The notes under the pieces were generated by a model. The model had not been told where the DNA came from. It worked only from the letters and a program-made list of their open reading frames with translations, and searched no databases. A DNA stretch of 63,065 nucleotides, counting the filler, from Octopus bimaculoides (Eukaryota): assembly GCF_001194135.2 (NCBI RefSeq). It is 7 parts of 7 records of this genome, joined end to end, with 100 filler letters (N's around TTAATTAATTAA, not from the genome) between each part and the next. Parts side by side here need not be neighbours in the genome. Positions count along the whole stretch, not along the records: positions 8,487 to 37,485 come from NC_068994.1; 6 more parts are not named here. One strand, written 5' to 3'. This document shows positions 14,021 through 27,482 of this stretch, in pieces; the stretch's first letter is position 1; each line of letters opens with the position of its first letter. The translations under genes were made by a program, and so were the position numbers.

Positions 14021-14740
14021 ACTAGCTGACATACCCAGTAATTCCCGGGAAAGCGGGGCTTATCCCTTGGTTCTGTTCTCATAATTGTTTCGCTAATCCA
14101 ATAACAACAATACAAAGTATGTAGCCCTTAAAACAGTTTTTGTGCATTTGCAGAGAATACTGAACTGTCTTACATAGGATCTTGTTTTTAGGAATTCCCA
14201 AGAAGTTATGAATACCCAAATTGTGAAGTCAGTTATGTAATAACATGAAATTAGTTACCTGATATTAAGAATTCTAATAGAGTAGCCCTGAAAAAGGTTT
14301 TAATGCATTCCCAGAGTATATAAAACTTAGGAGGAAATACTAAAAAGATATGTATACTAAAATCGTGAAGCATGTTACGTAATAATGGGCTAATCAGATA
14401 TGAGATAACATTCACAGTAAATAACTCTGAAAAGGGCTTTCGTGCGTTCTCAGAGAATATTACCCTCAGCGGTGCTAGTGTTGGTATATTCGAGAATAAG
14501 TCATTAACTGAAATAAGTGGATCTATTGTTTAGGAAAATACTATTTACTTGTTTAAGGGTTGTACTGGATAAATTGCGAAAATAACTCTAACAGTTCAAA
14601 TACTAAGAAATAAGCATACTCAATATGATTTATACCAAATGGTTTAGGAAAATGAATGCATTATTACCCTTGACTGTTAAAATCTGGGTGAATGGGTTAT
14701 TTCCTTTGACTGTTAAAATGAAATATATTAGATATATATA
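14021..14740. mobile_element. Possible non-autonomous Helitron/Helentron-like element
   Basis: Starts ACTAGCTGACATACCCAGTAATTCCCGGG, typical of such elements, and ends ...atatattagat with internal sub-repeats (ccttgactgttaaaat twice). Classified from end motifs only. Confidence 0.4.
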
Positions 14741-15116
14741 AGGATCCCTTCCAGGAGCCCTATTATCGATTTTTTTCAACAATCTGGATATGCCATGAAG
14801 TTTCCAGACACGAGTTCTACTCACGTGTTAAGTTTCAGCAAAATCAATAAAACGATGAAGGAGGAGTTAGCTAACAACTCCACAAACACACCTACATCCA
14901 GAATTTCCCACATATATAGTATATATATTTATTGCCTTTTATCAACTTCAAAACTTTTATCCACAGCAGGGCGTCTTTTTTTAAAAATAGGACTGTCTTT
15001 ATATTCCCCATTTTTTTTTTACCACCATGTCAGTACAATATGCTTATGTTTATATTAAGCGGGGTTTCAGTAACTGACTTGGGCATGTTTTACTTTTTGT
15101 ATTCTTTAGGGAAAAG

Positions 15117-15188
<72 letters not shown>

Positions 15189-15312
15189 CATTCCTGTTTT
15201 ATGAAATGACATTGGGTAATATAATCATTAGTTCAGAAGTGACATGTCTGTTACTTCTATGCATAATAATTCTATTACACAAAACGCTCAACATGCTTAA
15301 ATCATTCTGTAG

Positions 15313-15354
15313 CAGATACAGAACATGTTTGGTTGCAAACAGAAGGATGGATGG
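15313..15354 (+). CDS. Candidate internal exon ((A)DTEHVWLQTEGWM)
   Basis: ttctgtag| acceptor, 42 nt, phase 1-1, donor G|GTAAAA. Confidence 0.25.
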
Positions 15355-15906
15355 GTAAAATTTGTTAACTTGACACTTGCCAAAATAGAACATAAAAGCA
15401 AAACACTTGAACTGATTATAGATTGGAGGAATCTAGGCCTAAAAGAAGCATTATAATAGTATTTTGTAATCTGTCATTATGGGGGTTTCAAAATTATAAT
15501 CTTTTTATCATTGTTATGTTTGTATTCCTTTTTTTCTCTTCTTTTTGTTATATGCTGACATACAGCATTAAATTATCTCACTTCACATCTCTTGTTAATG
15601 AACCTTTTTGAGTCAGATGTGTTCAACCTAGTCTTCAGGATTTCATTTTATATTTTTCTAGGTTTAATATATTTTTTTTTTTTTTTTCCCCAGCAACATT
15701 TGTTAATCTGTTTTTATTCTGTTCTCACCAAATTCCCATACAACTTCATTATCTTTCGGTAGATGCTTTTTTTTTTAAATTTCACTTTCAATGTTTGTTA
15801 TTATTATTATTATTATTATTAGCTTCCATTAAATGAAGTTCATAAAGTCCTTGTAAATTCATGTGCATTCTGACTAATAAAATACTTTAGTACATAAAAT
15901 TTTTAG

Positions 15907-15958
15907 TGATAAAAATAGCTGTCAAACATTGTGTGCAAGAAGCACAGCTAGCTTCTGG
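15907..15958 (+). CDS. Candidate internal exon ((V)IKIAVKHCVQEAQLAS)
   Basis: tttttag| acceptor and strong donor GG|GTAAGT; open in phase 1 and also in phase 2. Confidence 0.3.
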
Positions 15959-17295
15959 GTAAGTTATTGAAATCCTTTGTGAACTGGTGCAAAATGTCAC
16001 CGTTTGTAATTACGTATTTGTTAGGACTTGTCTTAAACCCTTTCAAAATTAGCCTGCCTAAGGAATGCTCTTGGTTTTATGATACAAACTTCTCGTTTTA
16101 AAGTAAATTAAATGAAAATCTTTTAAAATTTCATGCTATGTTCCAAACACCAGCTTAATAATGACGTTTTACTAAATTCTTCATGATTTTCAAATAGAAC
16201 TGGAACATTCCTCATAGTCATCGTCCTTTTAATATCTACTTTTCCATACTTGCAAGGGTCAGACAGAATTTGTTGAAGCAAGTTTTCTGCAGATGGATTC
16301 CCTTCCTGTTACTAATCCTCATCTGTTTCCAAGCAAGCTAATATTTCCCGTATAACTAGACATTTTTTCACAGAAGACTGGATATGAACACCATCACTTG
16401 TATTATGGTGATGCTCATTTACAGCTACTGCACAGTCAAAACAAGGAAACGCACATGCATGCACACACATTCAAGCATGTACACATAGGATTTTTGGATG
16501 ATAACTGATAAGGGAGAGCATGTCCATGTCTTCTATGCAATTTTTTTCATGTGTTCCTTTCTTGTCCATGTATGTAATTTTTTAACCTTATATACACGTG
16601 TATGCATGTATATGTATATAAGGGCTCCTTTCACTTTCCCTGCTATCAAATCCACTGAGAAGGCTTTGGTTGGGTTAGTGCTATAGAAAACTGCAATTGC
16701 CCAACGTGCTGTATTGAAAGCTTGTAGTTGGGAAACAAACTTCAACCATGGAAAAATGGAAAAGACCATGATGATGATGATCCAGTCTCTACATGTAATA
16801 TCCCATCAATAATGCTGACATCCTCTCTAGATGTTTTCCAACTTCATATTTTTGCTGTCAGTTCTTCAGTGTGTAGGCAAGTAATAAATGGATTGAGAAA
16901 TTTCATGACTTTAAACAGAATGTATCATAATGCTTATCATTGACTCTATTAGTTCAATTGAATAAATTGTCTCTATAATAGAGAACTTATCTACTATTTT
17001 CCCTATGTAGTTTGTCTATACAAAGCTGTTTTGATAATGAATTTTGAACGTTTCATATTTAGTTGTATGCTATTTCGTCAACAATGCCACATTGTGCATT
17101 TGCTGGCTATTATAGTTTAATTTCAATCAATTCATTGTTTTTTTTTTTGTTTTTTTAATATGAAGCAATGACACTTTCCTCTTGCTTTTTGTAAAATCTA
17201 AGATACATCAGAGGTTGGGTGTTGACTTATTTGGCAAATCTTTCATTTCATGTCACAGTCATATTGCCAGCTGGAAATTTGCCAATATCTTGTAG

Positions 17296-17397
17296 TACTG
17301 TTGCTACAAACAGCAAAGTGCTCTTATTACTGTTTACTATTATGAAAGACAAGTCTGGGTTCCCAGTATTAATCCACCAACACCATTTGTTATGTTA
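17296..17397 (+). CDS. Candidate internal exon (YCCYKQQSALITVYYYERQVWVPSINPPTPFVML)
   Basis: tcttgtag| acceptor, 102 nt open, phase 0-0, donor |GTGAGG. Confidence 0.25.
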
Positions 17398-18236
17398 GTG
17401 AGGAAAATTAAATTTCTTTATTTTGTAATTATGATCTGTGAGAAATGTTTGCAATCATTTTTATGTTTTTTAAATGGAGGGAAGAAAATAGGGTCTTTAT
17501 TCTTAAACTTAAAAAGTAAATACACAACTATGGCAGTGCTCCAGCATAGCTGCAGTCAAATGACGGAAATGTGTCAAAGAATAAAAGAATATTAGGTCAG
17601 TGCAGTGGCTGGCAGAATTGACAGTGTTGGTCAAAACACTTTGTGGTAATTAGTTGTCTCCTTTTTATGTTCTTAGTTCAAATAGTTTGAATCCTTCCAT
17701 AGTCAATAAGTACCCAGTCAAGTACTAGGGTTGATGTAATTGTACTTTGGAAGTTGGTTCCCCACCCTACATAACCACAGTACAATGACTGAAAGCATCT
17801 AAAATATATCCTGTCTTGACCCTTTTAATACTATCCCTCCTGAAACTGCTCCTGGTTCTGTGACACAAAATTTTTAGTTTTAAAGTGATCTCAACTAAAA
17901 CTTCTATCAAAATTTCACGTTAATTTATCTCCTGAAACATTGCATTTGACAATCTGAATGCTCAAGAATTAACTTCATAAAATATTTAATTTAGCCTTGC
18001 ATTATGTTTTGCTGATGATTCTAAAAAAGGATGAAATAGCACTATACATGGCTACCAATGTCTGAGAATTTTAAGATCTTTATGTAGCAGGAAAATTAAA
18101 TAGTAACATTTCAACTGGCCATATATCCAGCCCAACTATTTTATCTGTTTTATGTTGAAATTGGGCAGATCAAGTCTCTCGTACCTACCTTACAATGTCA
18201 TTTAAAAATAATCTACTACATCGGAGATAATGCATA

Positions 18237-18433
18237 CTCTTTTACTTGTTTTAGTCATTTGACTGCGGCCATGCTGGGGCACCACCTTTAGTCGAGCAAA
18301 TCGACCCCAGGACTTATTCTTTGTAAGCCTAGTACTTATTCTATCGGTTTCTTTTTGCCGAACCGCTAAGTTACGGGGACGTAAACACACCAGCATCGGT
18401 TGTCAAGCGAAGTTGGGGAGGACAAACATACAC

Positions 18434-18488
<55 letters not shown>

Positions 18489-18678
18489 TATACATACACA
18501 CACACACATATATGACAGGCTTCTTTCAGTTTCCATCTGCCAAATCCACTCACAAGGCTTTGGTCGGCCCGAGGCTATAGTAGAAGACACTTGCCCAAGG
18601 TGCCACGCAGTGGAACTGAACCCAGTACCATGTGGTTGGTAAGCAAGCTACTTAACAACACAGCCACTCCTGCGCCTA
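18237..18678 (-). mobile_element. SINE family A, young full-length copy
   Basis: Head ggcgcaggagtggctg with A box and B box (gggttcagttcc), CpGs intact, (TA)n(CA)n centre. Confidence 0.9.
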
Positions 18679-19064
18679 TTGATTAATTTAAAACAATGTG
18701 AATAAATAAGCAGTAATCTTAATTCTAAATGGTTAAAATGTGTAATATTCTGTGCATCTTTACTTCCTGATTTAAATTTCAAATTTCCAAACCTATCTCA
18801 ACATAAGTCCAGATGGTTTTTTTTTTTTTTTTCCTACAATGACAAACCACAAGAAGTTTACCATGTGTTCATACATCCACTCTGTTTTTCATTAAAAGGA
18901 ACTGCTTTATATGGTTTCAATAAAAAGTAATTGTCCTGTTGACACACCTACTTCCATTGGAAACTTGTCCTCTTGAGCTGTTCTCCTTTTTGTCTTTCAG
19001 CTGTTGTGCTATGTTGTAACAATGCCTGCTTTTGTCACTTTTTTTTTGTTTTTGATTTTGACAG

Positions 19065-19177
19065 CCTTAAATCATAAGACATTCTTCCAAATTAGCTTAT
19101 TTTCTTCCCCCATGAAAAAATTATTCCTTAGTTTATATGCAAATATTTTTGAGGACAATCAGTACTGTAGTGTAAAG
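19065..19177 (+). CDS. Candidate internal exon (LNHKTFFQISLFSSPMKKLFLSLYANIFEDNQYCSVK)
   Basis: Long polypyrimidine tract ending ttttgacag|, 113 nt open (phase 1-0), donor AAG|GTATCT. Confidence 0.35.
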
Positions 19178-19374
19178 GTATCTTTCATGGATGCCTCTCT
19201 TTCTCTCCCTCTTTCTATGTTTCTATCTCACTTCTTCACTATCCTTATTACATCCATCTTATCTCTACATAGTTCATGTTTGTGTGTATGTATATATATG
19301 TGTATATATATTTATATGTGTGTATATATATATATATATATGTGTGTGTGTATGTATATATATGTGTATATATA

Positions 19375-19748
19375 GGCGTAGGAGTGGCTGTGTGGTAAGT
19401 AGCTTGCTTACCAACCACATGGTCCCGGGTTCAGTCCCACTGCGTGGCATCTTGGGCAAGTGTCTTCTACTATAGCNNNNNNNNNNNNNNNNNNNNNNNN
19501 NNNNNNNNNNNNNNNNNNNNNNNNNNNNNNNNNNNNNNNNNNNNNNNNNNNNNNNNNNNNNNNNNNNNNNNNNNNNNNNNNNNNNNNNNNNNNNNNNNNN
19601 NNNNNNNNNNNNNNNNNNNNNNNNNNNNNNNNNNNNNNNNNNNNNNNNNNNNNNNNNNNNNNNNNNNNNNNNNNNNNNNNNNNNNNNNNNNNNNNNNNNN
19701 NNNNNNNNNNNNNNNNNNNNNNNNNNNNNNNNNNNNAGTAAAAGAGTA
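19375..19748 (+). mobile_element. SINE family A, interrupted by an N gap
   Basis: Head ggcgtaggagtggctgtgtgg...ggttcagtccc before the gap and tail agtaaaagag after it. Confidence 0.8.
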
Positions 19749-19775
19749 TATATGTATATATATATATATATGTGT

Positions 19776-19815
<40 letters not shown>

Positions 19816-19816
19816 A

Positions 19817-20147
19817 CCGTATTTGATGCCCTATAAGACATGAGTGCATAGGACGCAGCCTATGCTATACTTTTGTAAAATAAATTACCACTAAAGTAAT
19901 GTTTTAATTCCTCCTCTTACCTGTATAATTTTATTACCGGTAATTATAAGCAATTTATTGCTTGCACATTCGATATAAATATACCATAGGCGATTGTTCA
20001 CCAATAGATGGCAGCACACGTTTTGTAAACATACATACCATTCTGTGTGAGTTTTGAGCCTACATTGAGTGCATTGGACACATGGGGATTTTTAAAGCCA
20101 TTTTTGGGTAAAAAAAAAAGGTGCGTGTTATAGGCTATCAAATATGG
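19817..20147. mobile_element. Tc1/pogo-like MITE (CCGTATTT termini)
   Basis: TA|ccgtatttgatgccctataag ... ttataggctatcaaatatgg|TA. Confidence 0.7.
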
Positions 20148-21421
20148 TATTTGGGTGTGTGATTAAGAAGTTTGCTTCCAGGCTACATAGTTACAGGTCC
20201 AGAACTGTGTGGTACCCTTTTGGTAAGAGTTTTCTCTAACCCTGGTGCAACCAAAGCCTTGTGAGGGGATGTGGTGGATGAAAAGTGAAAGAACCCACCG
20301 TGTGTGTCTGTCTGCCTGTGTCTCCTTGTTTTGACATTGCATTATTTTCGTGTAAGAATGTCATTCATTTGCAATATTCTGTGCAAACATTTCTTGGCAT
20401 GGGAAAATATTACTTTGCTTGGAAACAATTGAGGGTTGGCAACAGCAGGGGCATCTGGTTGACTATGTTTGGCCCATGCAACCATGGAAAAGTGGTGTGA
20501 CTTAGTGAATAGATTATTCGGCTCGCGATTGTGAGGTCATACGTTTAATTCCTGGTGGCACTTTGTGTCCTTGGGCAAGACACTTTATTTTATGTTTCCC
20601 CAGTCCATCCAGTTGGAAAAAATGAGTAGTACCTATATTTCAAAGAGCCAGGAAATTATTATTATTATTATTATTATTAAAGGCAGTGAGCTGGCAGAAT
20701 TGTTAGCATGCTGGGCAAAGTGCTTAGTGGTATTTCATCCATCTTTATGTTCTGGGTTCAAATTCCGCTTTCAGGCTCAATAAAATAAGTACCAGTTGAG
20801 TACTGAGGTCAGTGTAATCAACTGTCCCCGTCCCCCAATTTTTAGGCCTTGTGCCTTTAGAACGGATTATTATTGATGTGGATGCAGTTAGTCTAGTTAT
20901 AATACTGTACTATTACATAAGATGATACTTGGTATGGTACTGTTAAATAGTGGGATTTTAAGACTATAAACCTAAGCTTTATTGACCAATGTTATAACAA
21001 GTTTAAAAGAAATTGGTTTTTATTGTTTTTTTGCATGATTTGATTTGCACATAATGTTTTTGGTGATGGATCTTTGCTTTTAAAGCATCAACTGTTTTCA
21101 TCATTACAGCAACACCAAACTTGAAAGCTTATTCACTCTCCCGAGAGCAGCATTTCTCAACCAGAGTTTTGCAAGCAGTCGCTATGGCTTCCACTAGAAA
21201 TAAGACTTTATTCTATATTTGTAATTTCATTCTGCATGCACAGCAAATTCCCTAAGGCTGAGAAATCCTAGCATCTCTATGTTTTAAGATCTTACAGGGG
21301 AAAAAAGTACCTTAATAGAGAATTGTAGGGGAATTTGGTCTTAGCAAGGTTTTGGATGAGATGAGATTTCTCAACTCTTTTGAGACCACTTCTGGTTCTT
21401 TGATACAAACTTCATGTCTAA

Positions 21422-21614
21422 CCCTTTTGCTGTGAAATTAAATTTTAAGGTTATTCCAGTAATGATGTTAAATAATCTACATACATATCTCAATAAAACA
21501 TAGTTTCAAACATGACATTCCTCAACAAGAGGTAGATTAGTATTTAAAACTGCTTTCTGCTATTAAAGGTAATGAAATTTTGAGTGGATATATCTGATTT
21601 CCACAGTAAAAGGG
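21422..21614. mobile_element. piggyBac-type MITE nested in another piggyBac-type MITE (outer about 21372-21765)
   Basis: ctaa|CCCTTTTGCTGTGAAAT ... ATTTCCACAGTAAAAGGG|TTAA. Related host copies at about 16037-16200 and 17820-17940 show a single TTAA at the matching site. Confidence 0.75.
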
Positions 21615-21898
21615 TTAATGTGATCTAAATTAAAGCCTTTCACAAGATTTCCATGTTCATTTATGTTCCAAACATCAGCTTAATGAGTTATTTTCCTAAA
21701 TTCTTCATTTTCAAAATTCATTGAAACACAAGTAGTGTATTTTGACAAATATGGTAACAAGAGTGTTAAGCCTTTTGTTTTTGTGTGTGTGTGTGTGTGG
21801 TATTTAACTGATTGAAAGACTTAAAACCTTTCAAAGACAGTTTTATGATTTGGTTAATCTTTTATGAAAGAGAAGCAAAAAGATTAATGAAGATAAAT

Positions 21899-22270
21899 CT
21901 TTTATCTTTTACTTGTTTCAGTCATTAGACTGTGGCAATGTTGGGGCTCTGCCCTGAAGAGAATTTAGTTGAACAAATTGACCCCAGTACTTTTTTTTTT
22001 AAGCCCGGTACTCTTTCTATAGGTTTGTTTCTTTTGCTGAACTGCTAAGTTATGAGGATGTAAACAAACCAGCACTGATTGTCAAGTGACGGTGGAACAC
22101 ATGCACAATGGGCTTTTTTGAGTTTGTGTCTACCAAATCCACTCATAAGGCTTTGTTCAGCTGGAGGCCATAGCAGAAGACATTTGCCCAAGGTGCCACA
22201 CAGTGGGACTGAACTTGGAACCATGTGGTTACGAAGTAAGCTTCTTAACACACAGCTACACCTGCACCTA
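21899..22270 (-). mobile_element. SINE family A, older CpG-decayed copy
   Basis: Colinear match to the family with many CG-to-TG/CA changes. Confidence 0.8.
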
Positions 22271-23744
22271 AGGAATTTTTTTTTCTTGTACAAATTTTTC
22301 AAAACATGGAATATATTTCAAGGGTTCTGCAAGGCTAAAATGGTTGGGAAATACTGCCCTAGAGAAAGGGGAAAGGGAGAAAATGGGCCTGACAGTTGCG
22401 ATAGTAATATCAAGTATAGTGAAAGATTGTGTGGTTCTTTTATTAGATTGTATGAACCTCTCTTCAGGTATCTGGAATTATTCATCTGGTGTTGTAAGGT
22501 ATTACAGCTCTTGGGCAACCTTGGCCATGTTGTTGTTATCTACCTCTAGGATAAATTCTGATTAAATAGATCTATGATCAAGGGTGACCATACCAATTTT
22601 TTGAGAGATATCCAAGCCTATTTTAAATAATGTATCTTTTTTTAAGACAGTTAGATGCTACTTGATGGCTATTTTGCTGCTGTTTCTAGCTGGTCAATTG
22701 ACCACATAAAAGCACCCTCAGACAGCGGTTAAAAAACAATTCATTCTCCAAGTCTTTGAATTGATTATGTAATTTAGAATTGTTTAGCCAAAGCAAAACA
22801 TTTAAAAAATTTATTAGATACAGTGACCTTTAATATGAAATAAATTGTTTTATAAAAGAAATGATTATATATAATTTTCTTTTTTTTTTTCTCAAGTCTA
22901 TCAATATTATTTCTTTGTTTCCAAGCCGACTTAAACAATGATGGTACTCATGTGTTCACTTTGGTGGTTGTTTAGTCCCTAATTGGGCAGATCTATGGTC
23001 AAAGGCATACAAATCATACTTGCCTCATCTTCTCTCAGACATAGTGTATGTATCTAGGAGCACATTTTCTGATCTGTTTTTTTTCTTTTTTTTTTCTTAA
23101 AATTGAAAAGACAAGTGATCAAGACTTCTGGCGATTTGCTGTGTGTGAGAAGACACATCTTCAAGCTCAGTGAATCTTGGTTGTTGTCAGTGCTTGGCGA
23201 CACATAAAAGATACCCATGTTGATGATGCATAAAAGGTACCCATGTTGGTGACATGTGAAAGACACCCATGCCAGTAACATGTAGAAAAATACTCTGTAA
23301 AGTGGTTGGTATTATGAAGGGCATCCAGTTTGCATTGTTTGCATGAGTTCTACTCTCACAGTATTATTTTTCAGAGATAAAACACATTATGCTCTCGAGT
23401 CCTACAACTCATAGGGGCCAGTTATCCAATTACCACGGCATAAAAGTGACCGAAATCACATTTCTCCGGAACAGGATGTCCTTGTAGGATTTATTCTGTT
23501 ACAGTTGTGTGGACTGGAGCAATGTGAAATGAAATAACTTGCTTAAGAACCCAAAGCATCAATTGGTCCAGGAATCAAAACTGTGATTATGTAGTCCTGA
23601 ATGAAACGCACTAACCACTAAGCCATGTGATTAGTAAATAACAGGTAGTAAGTAATACTTAGCAAGTAAGTTATTCTTTCTAGGTTGAACTTAATGACCA
23701 AGTGGTTTGTGGTTAGGAATTATAGCCGGTTGTTAAATATCTGT

Positions 23745-24025
23745 GGAGGCGCAATGGCCCAGTGGTTAGGGCAGCGGACTCGCGGTTTCGATTCCCAGAC
23801 CGGGTGTTGTGTGTGTTTATTGAGCAAACCACCTAAGCTCCACAAGGCTCCGGCAGGGGGTGGTGGCGACCCCTGTTGTACTCTTTCGCCCCAACTTTCT
23901 CTCACTCTTTCTTCCTGTTTCTTGAGTAATGCTGCGATGGACTGGCGTCCCGTCCGGCTGGGGGGGAACACATACGTCATAGAAACCGGGAAACCGGGCC
24001 CATGAGCCTGGCTAGGCTTTGAAAG
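23745..24025 (+). mobile_element. Distinct tRNA-headed SINE (family D), CpG-rich and young
   Basis: ggcgcaatggcccagtggttagggcagcggactcgcgg tttcgattccc (A/B boxes), with 3' motif gcgatggactggcgtcccgtcc. Confidence 0.75.
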
Positions 24026-24507
24026 GGCGACATTTATCGTTATCGTTAAATATCTATATTACTTCGGAAGACATCTAATACTGGCTAAAATAGATATTAA
24101 GATGTTTTTAGAAGAAATATGCAAATAATGAAATTTCGTTGATTCATTCATGGTGACTTTTAGTTTATGGACAAGTTGTCTTGCTAGTGAGCGAGCGTTG
24201 CTGTATCTGCTTCTTTAGACATCCCCTGAGAAATATATATTATGTTTCTACTCATTAATATATGGATGTTACCCTCTTTGCTCAGTGCATCTATAATTCT
24301 TTGAGAGGCACAACAATTGGATTACAAGCAATATTTTTTTTTTGTTTTTTACTCTAAGAGAAAAGTGTATGTATGCATATTGTTGTCTATCCTAAATTAG
24401 CCTTGAAGAATAGATATTGTTATCGAGGACCACCAGGAAAAGAAGTGTCCTCCTGAGTGAAGCATCAATCCCAACAGCTGATGATAATGTATCTCTCAAA
24501 GAAACCT

Positions 24508-24702
24508 CTCTTTTTATCTTCTGCTTGTTTCAGTCATTAGACTGCAGCCATGCTGGGGCACCACCTTGAATTTTTAGTCAAATGAATTGACCCTAGTACT
24601 TATTTTTTAAGCCTGGTACTTGTTCTATTAGTCTCTTTTGCCAAACCACTAAGTTACAGGGATGTAAACACACCAACACTGGTTGTCAAGTGGTGATAGG
24701 GT

Positions 24703-24744
<42 letters not shown>

Positions 24745-24910
24745 CATACACAATGGGCTTCTTTCACTTTCCATCTACCAAATCCATTCACAAGGCTTTG
24801 GTTGGCCCAAGGCTATAGGAGAAGACACTTGCCCAAAGTGCCATGCAGTAGGACTGAACCTGGAACCACTTGGTTGGGAAACAAGTTTCTTACCACACAG
24901 CCGCTCCTGC
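24508..24910 (-). mobile_element. SINE family A
   Basis: Colinear match, CpG-decayed. Confidence 0.85.
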
Positions 24911-26058
24911 AAAATTATCCAAATGAAAGATCAGAAAATAAAGATAACCTAAATGTGATGGTGGAAAAGAGAATTCAACAGATGCCTTGAGAAGGGTCAA
25001 AAGACCTGCAAATACATGATAAATTTGGTCCTGCACACAGTATGTAGACAAAAGCACTATTAGGCACTGCATGTGTAGAATGTTTGCAATAGAATAGAAA
25101 ATATGAAGCCAAAACTGTTATTGGTAGTGCAGCAAAAGCATGCTGTGAGAATAAGAAGAACAAAACACTTAACTGAAATAGTTATCTTATACCCTTATGA
25201 TACAACCTATAAAACAAATTCTATCTTGTCTGTAGCATTTCGACAGTTATTCTGTCAAATTTTAAAGAATGTCTATCCCAGTCCTGTACTATTTAGAACT
25301 TTGTTACTTTCTCCCACCACCTTTGTGAAATATTTGCCTTGGTGCTTCTGTCAACTATTCTCATTTTTATTTTATTTTTTAACTTCTATTTTATAACTTG
25401 TGATTGATGGTAACAGGAGCAACTTTAGGCTAATATAAGACTTGCATAGCTAGAAAAGTATTTAAGATGTCTGGGGAGACACGAATAAAAGTTAATTCTC
25501 CTTCAGAACTCTAAACAAGAATGCTCTTTATAATAACACAGAAATGATAGATATAAATTGTTGTTAGTTGATGATATATTCTTTTAGTTGAGATACTGAA
25601 TTTCAACAGAAATCATTTAGATACGATATGGAATAATATAAACTGAAAAACTATTTCAATATTAAAAATAGGAAAATGTTTGGAAATTGATTTCAGTTCC
25701 AGTTGAAGAAAACTTTTCTTATTTGCTCTGATGAGAATATCTGCTTCTTTACTATTCTCTCTATAATAATGTTCATCGAGGATTGTAAGAATCCAACAAG
25801 AGATGGTCATGTTTGGGATGCTTTGATCATAGGATCAGTTTCATTAGGGTTGCCTTAGTGTGGGTTAAACAATGACACTATATCATCATCATCATCATCA
25901 TTTAACGTCCGTTTTCCATGCTAGCATGGGTTTGATGATTTGACTGGGGTCTGGGAAGCCAGGAGGCTGCACCAGGCTCCAGTCTGATCTAAACTAAATA
26001 ATTTCCTAATTCCTTTTTCTTCCTTATTAAGCTGTTATTTTACCAGTTTTTATTTATA

Positions 26059-26460
26059 GGCGCAGGAGTAGCTGTGTGGTAAGTAACTTGCTTACCAACC
26101 ACATGGTTCCGGGTTCAGTCCCACTATGTGGCAACTTGGGGAAGTGTCTTCTACTATAGCCTCTGGCCGACCAAAGCCTTGTGAGTGGATTTGGTAGACG
26201 GAAACTGAAAGCTCGTATATATATATGTGTGTGTGTGTGTGTTTGTGTGTCTGTGTTTGTCCCCCCAACATCGCTTGACATCCGATGCTGGTGTGTTTAC
26301 GTCCCTGTAACTTAGCGGTTCGGCAAAAGAGACCGATAGAATAAGTACTAGGTTTACAAAGAATAAGTCCTGGGGTTAATTTGCTTGACTAAAGGTGGTG
26401 CTCCAGCATGGCCGCAGTCAAATGACTCAAACAAGTAAAAGAATAAAAGAATAAGTAAAA
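26059..26460 (+). mobile_element. SINE family A, full length
   Basis: ggcgcaggagtagctgtgtgg head through to gtaaaagaataaaaga tail. Confidence 0.9.
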
Positions 26461-26609
26461 ATATAGTATATATATGAAATAAATTATCACATTCTCTAAA
26501 AATTTATTTCCATATTAATTTGCTATGTAAAAAATTATTGCATGAATCTAAGTACTTAAAAAATGGAATGTACAATTTCCTGTAAGTCAGACTTGCCATT
26601 TTGTCCCAG

Positions 26610-26644
26610 CAGATGAAATAGAAAAGGCATTGTCCTGGAGGATG
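26610..26644 (+). CDS. Candidate small exon (DEIEKALSWRM)
   Basis: ttttgtcccag| acceptor, phase 1-0, donor ATG|GTGAGG. Confidence 0.2.
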
Positions 26645-27482
26645 GTGAGGAAGATGCAATTTTTTTATGAGATGAACAAAAATGTTATCCTTAAATTAGG
26701 AAGTTTAAAAACCTGTTTGTTCATCATTTTGATGTGAATTCAAATCCTGCTGAAGTCAACTTGACCTTTTATCTTCTTGGGCCAATAGAATAAAGTACCA
26801 GCCAAGAAGTGGGGTTACTATAATCAACTATGTACATTTCCTCCATATTTAAGGTTTTGTGCCTAAATCAGATATATTGTCATTTAAACCTTAATTGAGC
26901 CTGACTGAGCAGATCTATGACCAGATATTCCTGTCATGACATACTTATCTATTTCCTTTGTAGGCTTATTGCATTTTAAACTACAGTATTTCTGTCCCCC
27001 CCCCCACACCTTTTTGTTGTTGTTAAGACACTTGGCTATAATTTGAGAAAGATTTAAGTTTTTTTTTCTTTTTCTGGAGTGTCAAATCAACATATGTATA
27101 GTTTAGAGGTAGGGTTTGTATCTGAATTATGTGATAATTTTATTGTGGTTCTGTGCTTGGTAATGTGAGGGACAAAATTGCACCTCCACATGACAGGAGT
27201 GGTAAATTACAGGAATTAAAAAGTTTATAAACAATATCATTTGGAATCTCTGACCTTGTTTATAGGTATTCTGTTTCTCTTTTGTTGTTTTTTTGTCATG
27301 CTTCATTTATATATATATGAAAAAGAAAAAAAAAAACAAGCAGAACTTATTTTTATACTGGTTTCTGTCATTGGTCTGTGGTTATATGTTGGTTCTACTA
27401 GTTTATATTAAAATCTTAGAAATTTTAAAACCCCAGTGCTAACTCTTTCCTTTTGAAAACTACACATTGTGTGTGTATGTGT

